A stretch of DNA of 61,248 nt, filler included, from Jimgerdemannia flammicorona (taxonomy: Eukaryota): the NCBI GenBank assembly GCA_003990765.1. It is 2 parts of 2 records of this genome, joined end to end, with 100 filler letters (N's around TTAATTAATTAA, not from the genome) between each part and the next. Parts side by side here need not be neighbours in the genome. Positions count along the whole stretch, not along the records: positions 30,680 to 61,248 come from RBNJ01000439.1; 1 more part is not named here. One strand, written 5' to 3'. Position 1 is the stretch's first letter, and every line of letters starts with the position of its first letter. Positions 53,933 to 61,248 of this stretch are shown here, piece by piece. The notes beneath the pieces were generated by a model. It was not told where the DNA came from, searched no databases, and was given only the letters and a program-made list of their open reading frames with translations. Position numbers and translations under genes: made by a program.

Positions 53933-55134
53933 CCAGTGTCCCTTTCTCCACTATATTACCAGTCACAAGGTTTGGTAGGCAATCTTCTGAGTCCTCTTTC
54001 CCCTATTATTACCCCCTCTACCTCAGGTTGATTTGCTGTGCCTGCATGGGTATAGTGGGAGGAGAGCAATGGTGATGAGTTACTTCTTTATCAGTATCAG
54101 ATCAGTATCTTTTCTACTTTTTCATAGTTTCTGGTACCTTTGGCTATGTCTAGAGTACATCCATTTTGGTGCAACATCTTCTTCTTTTTGCCATCACCAA
54201 TAAGGTACTGCCTTGGTACATCATAAGTTATATAGGGAGTCAGCTGATCTTGGGTGTCAAGTACTCAGTGTAGGTTATCTGCAAGTCCTTAGTACCTGTG
54301 GTGGGGCCCTCTGACTTTGGCGAGCTTCCCAGTAAGTACAGTTCTGACATAGGTGAGGTGTTGTCAGGATGGGAGGAGAGATGGCCATCACAGATAGGAG
54401 GATGGATGATAACAGTGAACCAGTGGAGTGCCAGGCTGGGAGCAGTCATTGGGGCTAGGGTAGACAATATTTCAGTGGGGCCTTTTGATTGGCTGGTGGG
54501 AGGTGGGGTGGTATAGGGGCTGGCATTCTGGCTGTACCCAACTAGAACCAGGAGCTGACATGGCAACATGATCAAGGTCCACAGGCTTGGGGAGTGGGGC
54601 CTTTCTCATTTGGTAGTATCCAACTGGAACCAGGAGCTGACATAGTAATGTGATCAAGGCCTGCAGGCTCAGGGAGTGGGAGTGGGGTCTTTTCAAGCCC
54701 TAGCCCATATGTAAGTCCTTTGAGGAAGGTGCTGTATATAAGTTCTTTACTCATCCACTTTGAATCCACTTTGCTCTCTGTTGGTTAGTTGGGGTTTTTT
54801 CTTTACCTTGGGCTTTTTTTTAGAGTTTGGGAGGCTATTCTTTATTTAGTCCCGGTGCTGCTAGATCTAACATATAGGTGTGCTCTCACATATAAACAAT
54901 GATCCAGCCCTGGTAAGCAGACAAGTCTAGTCTATATCATTGGGGTCAATGTAGCCAGTGTTTGATAGATATAGCTAGAGCAGTAGGACTGCTGGACAAT
55001 TTAGTAGTCTAGATTAATGGGGGGATATTATTCGGTGGGTAGTGGGGGAGGGTTTTGGCCTATATAGTCTAGGTTCCCTTCTAATAAAAATCCATGGGAC
55101 TATGAGTCCATTAAAAAAAAAAAAAAAAAAAAAA
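53933..55134 (+). mobile_element. 1.2-kb retroposed (TPRT-type) insertion of unknown origin
   Basis: 16-bp TSD ATGAGCTCAAGATCAG (53917-53932 and 55135-55150), AATAAA at 55083, 22-A tail. Internal ~80-bp duplication (54535/54617). Confidence 0.9.
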
Positions 55135-55282
55135 ATGAGCTCAAGATCAGACTGATCTAAGCACCTATTCTCAGAAGACTCAATTGGACTCAAGAATTCA
55201 TTTTGTAAATAAATATAAGTATATAAGGACTAGGAGTAGTCCTAGTTCAGAAGAAAGACAAAGTAGAGTATATTATTACATA

Positions 55283-57355
55283 TATAAGTGCACAACCTAC
55301 AAGCTACCAAATTGGATAAATCTCAAGCTATTATCAGATCAGCTACCTTTTAGAAGATATGATTGAACACTATCATGATACAGATATTATCCAGATATCT
55401 CAAAATCAGAAACTCATTACCTGTAAACATTAAGAACTCTTTTATGAGTATAGTATCTTTATTTTTCACCTCTAAGTTACTACTGCTGAAATGGTTGCTA
55501 CTCTATCTTATGGCCAAATCAATAACATAGTATAAGAACTCAACTACAAGTATTTTGAGTATATTCAAACTACAGATAGAATCTTCTCATACCCTAATGG
55601 CTATATTCTATAAATGCTTCAAGTTGGATATACTATGAAGGATATCTATGATATAATTTGATTTGATGATAATGAAGTTAAAAATAACAATCTGTCTAAT
55701 ACTGATATGATCTCAAGCCAAGAATCTCTACCAACTCTAATTACTCTACCAATCTTACTAATGAACTTATAACAGTTCATAATAACCTATAAGACCTATT
55801 CACTAGTATGAGTACTAACCTGTATTCACCCTTAATTACTTCAACTATAATAAAGAGATCAGAGAATACAACTTATATCTCTAGACAACCCTCAAAATTG
55901 AACTAATAACTCTACCACTCAAGTATAAGTAATATGAATAATAACTGCTAGCTTACTATAACTCAGTAATATATAGTATCATAACCTATAAAAGGTATAC
56001 AGACAGTGAATCTGATGAAAGCAAAGATGATGTATCTCTTTTTTGCTTACCAACTCTATATCTAGTATATGAGATAGATAATACTATCCTGTAAGATAAT
56101 GATGAGGTCCTAATATATTATTATCTAAGTAAACAAAGAGAAGTAATTCAAGAACCACTCTTCTTAGATAACTACTTTATCAGAGATGATGACATCAATA
56201 GTAATATTATTGAAAACTACCCAGACAGTATCTAAATCTATAGATAGCCTAGCAGTTATTAGTATAGTTAGATTAGTCTTATATAATATAATTGTAAACT
56301 GACTCAGCAGTCAGATGATCTCTTGATATATTAGTTCATACTTGTACTATGTAACTACATTCTGACTCAGCAAGACACTAAGTACTATATCTATATTCAG
56401 TATAGTCCAGATAGACTTCTATTAATATAAATACCCCCTCTATCAGACCTCAAAATTTCAGATTGGAATAGATAAGAATAATCTGAATATAACTCCTGAA
56501 CTAGTGCTCCCAATGAATCAAATCAAATCGAATTTGGCCTAAACTCAATTCGATTCAATCGAATCAAGGGTCCAATTCAATTCAATTTGAATCAAATAAA
56601 AGGTCCAATTCGATTTAAAGTTCGATTTGAACCTTAATTTTCAAAATATAATAACTCGACGAAAACTCATCTAAATTTAACTTATTTTAGCTTGTTAGAT
56701 TCACCATATTAATGTGATTCTAACAAGCTAAAGTACGTTAGATTTGGATGATTTTATGGTGAGTTATTGCATTTTGAAAATTAGGGTTCAAATCAGACCC
56801 TCAATTTGATTCAACTTTTGATTTGATTCAAATTGATTTGAATTGAAAAATCCCCAATTTGATTTGACTCATTTAACCCTCAATTCGATTCAATTTGAAT
56901 TAATTCAACTCATTTGGGAGCACTATCTTGAACACTTCCCCACAATATTCTTTTATACACTACTCCTAGTATAGCAATATTATAAATAGTAAATAAACCT
57001 ATTTAATAACTCACAAACCACTCTTAAGTAAATCTGAACTCTGTTAGGTCTCACTCTTAACCACATTATGAAATTTCCTAATTGGGTATTGTCTGCAGTG
57101 ATATGCTAATTCAACTAAGCTGGCCTTAGTTTCTTAAACTTCCTGAAATACAGAAAATCCTAAATATCTAGAACTAGTCTGAAAAAGGACTTTGGTTGAG
57201 ATATTAATTTAATCTTGAAATCAATAAGTATAGAGGACATACTCTATATGAAATTGATCTTAACATTAAGAAAACAGTCTTCTAGAATATCCAGAACTTT
57301 CAGAAACTCCTTCCAGAACTATATAATAATTACTCTAATAAGTAACCCTCTTACA
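55283..57355 (+). repeat. Family A solo LTR with an internal deletion and a MITE insertion
   Basis: tataagtgcacaacc...ctcttaca with TSD acata/gcata. C2 RNase H resumes at 57361. Confidence 0.92.
56502..56925. mobile_element. hAT-type MITE (424 bp)
   Basis: TIRs TAGTGCTCCCAA / TTGGGAGCACTA, 8-bp TSD tcctgaac/tcttgaac, empty site in the other A LTRs, internal hairpin. Confidence 0.93.
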
Positions 57356-59931
57356 GCATATCTCAGCTGAGAAATCTGAGAAGCTGAAAAGAAATATAAA
57401 TCCTATAAGTTGGAATACCTTATAGTCATCTAGATTATAGAAAAGTTTTACTACTATCTTACTGATAGATACTTCACTATTCAGATAGATCATTTAGCCC
57501 TCACTTGGCTACTGACCACTGGACAACCAAAAGGAATATATACTAGATAGATTATGAAGTTATGTATAAGCCTATAATATAATTATCATACACTACCTTG
57601 AAAGAATCAATACTAATACAGATACCCTCTTATAGAACACTCTAAAGAACTCTCAACTAATAAATTAACCATGAATAAAGAGCTCTACTATAGAATTATT
57701 ATCTATCTGAGTTAGTAAAAAAAAAACTCCCAATATCTAAAAGAATAGACATAAATAATTATCAACAGAATATGGAAATAATTTAAAACTGATAGAAAAA
57801 TACTAAAAAAAGAAAAACTACTAGTTATACTTGAATACAAGAAGGAGTAAATAATGAAATCAGTATACAAACTCAGTTATCTAGAAAGAATAAATACTTA
57901 TGAAAAAGCAAAAAGAATAATATAGTGGTCAAGAATGGAGAAAGATATCAAATAATTTATCAAGACCTATAATACATAAATATCAAATATAGAAATAAGA
58001 TCAATGAAATCAGACCCCAGGATTAGTATATAGATCTAGTACCCTTTACCCACATAGCAATAGATATAATTAGTCCTCTACTCTTGACTTTAACTGACAA
58101 TCAATATATTATTATTATTGTAGACCTTTTAACAAAATAGATAAAGGCAGAACCTCTCAAAGAATCCAATGTATAGTTAATTACTAATTTTTTCTATAAA
58201 GAAATTATCTGCCAATTCAAGACTTTAATATAAGTAACTGTAGACAGAGGAACAGAATTCATAAATCAGTTCTTCAAGGTTCTCTATAAGAAGTATAAGA
58301 TCTAGTATATTCAGATTATAGCCTATTACTCTCAGGAAAATAAATAAGCAGAAAGAATCAATAAGACTCTCAAGAATATCATTGCTAAGATCTGTAATAA
58401 CTATAAAAACTAGAATTACTATCTGCTAATAGCATTATCTACTCTTTGAGATATTCAATTATAAAGTACCTATTTTACTCCTTAGGAGATATTATTTAGA
58501 GAAGAAATTTCTCAAGAAACTCTATTATCTAATAGAGATATTGTATAGAAATACATAGATATAGAGATATAGAGATTATATCAAATTAGAAAGAAGGCTG
58601 AGAATTATATAACTAAGGTACAGATACTATAATAAAATAATGTAAAAAAGATTCACAAGCTCTTAGATATTATCAAAATGAGAGACAAAGTTCTAGTATA
58701 TCAGAATATAATAAAAACTTCATAGTTACAAAAACTAGAGCCTAAGTAAGAAGAATCTTACTTATATAAAATATAAAAGAAACTACTTTTTAGTTATGAA
58801 AACTCTCAGATACAATCATCCTCACTACTATTTATCAAAACTAACTCAAGAAGTATTATGACTAACTAATGAAATATCACTACAGTTCTCAAGATTACTA
58901 GTACTACACAATAAGCTATAGAAAGACAATAGTATACTATCAAGTCACTTACAATAGAGGAATTCTTTGATAGTATCCAAAGTATAATATAGATACATAT
59001 ACTTATCCTGAATCTTACATTTTAAGATCTATCAGAACTAGACCAAGTTTCAGAAATACTTTAAGTTGAGATATATAGCTACTGAATTTACAGTTAGAGA
59101 TAAAAAAGAAAGATTGGATCAGAGAGTATCAGCTCTATCACACTCAGATCACTATTGCTAAATGAGTAAATAAGTTATTTAAAGATGATGAGCCAGCTCT
59201 AGTTTACTTTTAAGAAGTAGTTCCAGAAGACTTTAGATATGTTAAGAGGTACTATTAGGAGAATATAATAATACAAATCATATAGTATAAGGAGATATAA
59301 CTTGTAGAACCTTGGGAGTTTGAGTAAATAGGATATTTCAAAAATAAATCACCTATTTAGGAGAAAGTTATAATAGTTGATCTGAATTAGGAATATAAAT
59401 TAGAGAAATAGACATTTGATTACAGTATCTGAATTTAATTCTCAAATATAATATAGTCTTATAAATAGTAGTTATTTAACAAATATTAAAATTTCACAAA
59501 TATCAAGATTTTATAAATGTTAAATCTTGACAATTATTAAGATTTTACAGATATCAAGGATCTATACTTATGAAAAGTAACTTATAGAAAACATAGTTAT
59601 AATTTAGCTATCTTATAGCTAGTAAACTTATATAAATATTTCAATATCTAGAGTAAATAAAACCTTAGATCAAAATAGTTCAAAGTAAAGAGAAAGTAAG
59701 AAAATGAGTAAACCTATAGGTAGATATACTTCAAACTCACCTATCTCTATATTTTGAGAACTTTGTAAAGTTAAAGAAAATTAAGTTTTTAAGATATAGA
59801 AATCTAATATACTTATATAGTTATATATCTACTATATTGATAATTCTATCAGAAATTCTGTTAGAACTTTTATTAGCTTATTATTATATATATAATAATT
59901 TATTATAATTTTACTATAATATAATATAATA

Positions 59932-60217
59932 TAGTACTCAGAATAAATTAAATTAAATCAAATTAATTTTAATTTAATTTGATTTAAAATATTTAAATTG
60001 AATTAAAGATTAATGTAATTTGATTTAATTTAAATCTAATTTTTCAAAATTCAATAACTTAATTAAAATATAACCAAATTCAATAAATTTTATAGTGAAT
60101 GTAGCATAATAAAAAATATTAAATTTGAATATATTTTTATCAAGTTATTATATTTTAAAATTGAGATAAAAATTTTAAATTGAATCAGATCTTGATTTGA
60201 TTTATTTGAGAGTACTA
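59932..60217. mobile_element. Degenerate relative of the same MITE family
   Basis: Ends tagtactc...gagagtacta. Shares ttttcaaaat..aataact and aatcaaat repeats. TSD only 6/8. Confidence 0.72.
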
Positions 60218-60840
60218 ATAGTATATTAAATATATAAAAGTAAAATATTATATAAATTTTTATAAAATTTAGTAAAAATAAATCTAGATATATGTATTAT
60301 AAAGTTATATTCTCAGATTTAGCTTAAATTAGTTTAAATTAGCTTTTTTTTTTTTATATAAAACTTTAACTTAAAAGAAATAAAGTTTAAAATATTAAAG
60401 TTATCTTAAAAAATAAATAAACTAATTTCTATACTAAAAATAACATAATTAAAAAATCTGTAAAAAAAACTAAATCAACTTCAAATCAAAACAGAAAGAT
60501 ATTAAAAAAATCAAATTTTGTAATATAGCCTTCTTAGAGCACACAAATATATCACATAATTGACCACATTTTGTATGAATTGCAGAGCTTTTTCCAGAGC
60601 AACTGAGAACTTTACAATGATAATATCGTCTATTAAAGAACAAGAAAGCATCCGTAGTATCCACAGACTACCCCCACACTAAGAGCTAAAGCGGGTTGAC
60701 AACCGAATTTTTGCGACAATTCATCAACGGGAAAGATGATCTTTTTTTACGGGAGCGAGCTAGGGATAACGTGTACACCGGAAAGATGTCAATGGACACC
60801 TTTGATACAGATTGTCTTGCGGATCCTCGGTGCTGGTTGT

Positions 60841-60905
60841 TTACTCTCGAGACTCGCCCTCAGGCGGGATTATCTTGGTGATCTTGCCGATGGCGATGGT
60901 TTTGC
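60841..60905 (-). CDS. SUP35: Translation release factor eRF3, last exon
   Basis: (G)KTIAIGKITKIIPPEGESRE-TAA. Preceded by a 135-bp GT..CAG intron (60906-61040) with a gcttaac branch site. Confidence 0.93.
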
Positions 60906-61040
60906 CTGCATGACGGAATGGTGGAAGGCAGAAAGGGTGGATGTTAAGCATCGTGCCAACAAATGACCATCAAGTTCGACAACCTGTACCACTCCGAGAA
61001 CACACAAGAGACACGACCCAATCTCCCCACCCCCGCACAC

Positions 61041-61209
61041 CTTCGTCACGCAGCGTGAACCGACCGAGCTGCGGGTGGTCCTCGAAACGTTCCACACAGA
61101 TGGGGCCGGCGGCCTCGATGCGGCAGATGACCTTCTGGCCCTGCTTGACGAATTGCGGCGCGCGCTTGGTCCTACGGCCCGTTTTTTTGTCGATCGAGTG
61201 CAGTAACGC
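61041..61209 (-). CDS. SUP35: Translation release factor eRF3, penultimate exon (domain III)
   Basis: ALLHSIDKKTGRRTKRAPQFVKQGQKVICRIEAAGPICVERFEDHPQLGRFTLRDE, matching the eRF3 PQLGRFTLRDxG signature. CAG acceptor at 61212-61210; the gene continues beyond the window. Confidence 0.93.
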
Positions 61210-61248
61210 CTGTTGCGCACATTATCGTTTTCGAATATGGTATGTGAA

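Larger units (their letters stand above)
50022..59838 (+). mobile_element. Gypsy family C element 2, heavily mutated, carrying a retroposed insert and a solo LTR
   Basis: LTRs at 50022-50483 and 59369-59838, probable GATA TSD. Collinear with C1 (gag, PR ~51940, CPH ~52416, dUTPase, RT, RH, IN, extra ORF 58858-59326). Confidence 0.92.

Noticed and set aside
60696..61220. ORF-track calls 60696..60881, 60736..60966 and 60870..61220
   Set aside because: Wrong-frame or antisense reads over the spliced eRF3 exons and 3' UTR.

Overview
Eukaryotic, almost certainly fungal, DNA. About 60 kb is a nest of C>T/G>A-hypermutated transposable elements; the last ~400 bp hold the final two exons of a host eRF3/SUP35 gene on the minus strand. 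From left to right: (i) four L1/Tx1-like LINE copies or fragments (1-15628). (ii) A chromodomain Ty3/Gypsy family ('A', ~2.07-kb LTRs, 5-bp TSD), present as an integrase-bearing 3' half, two RT/RNaseH/IN-less copies sharing one in-frame deletion, and a solo LTR. (iii) Three more dUTPase-encoding Gypsy lineages ('B', 'C' x2, 'D'). (iv) A hAT transposase relic split by the nest, two hAT-type MITEs, a 1.2-kb poly(A)/TSD retroposed sequence of unknown nature, and a 100-bp assembly gap. The best candidate for an undescribed system is an accessory ORF family shared by three distinct Gypsy lineages: inside the LTR U3 in A (365 codons) and B (~265 codons), and between integrase and PPT in C (~153 codons). 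It is accompanied by a shuffled dUTPase/CPHG-Cys module and a Gag-dUTPase-protease-chromodomain non-autonomous element. All homology calls come from manual translation and motif recognition; no database searches were run. Family names A-D are my own labels.
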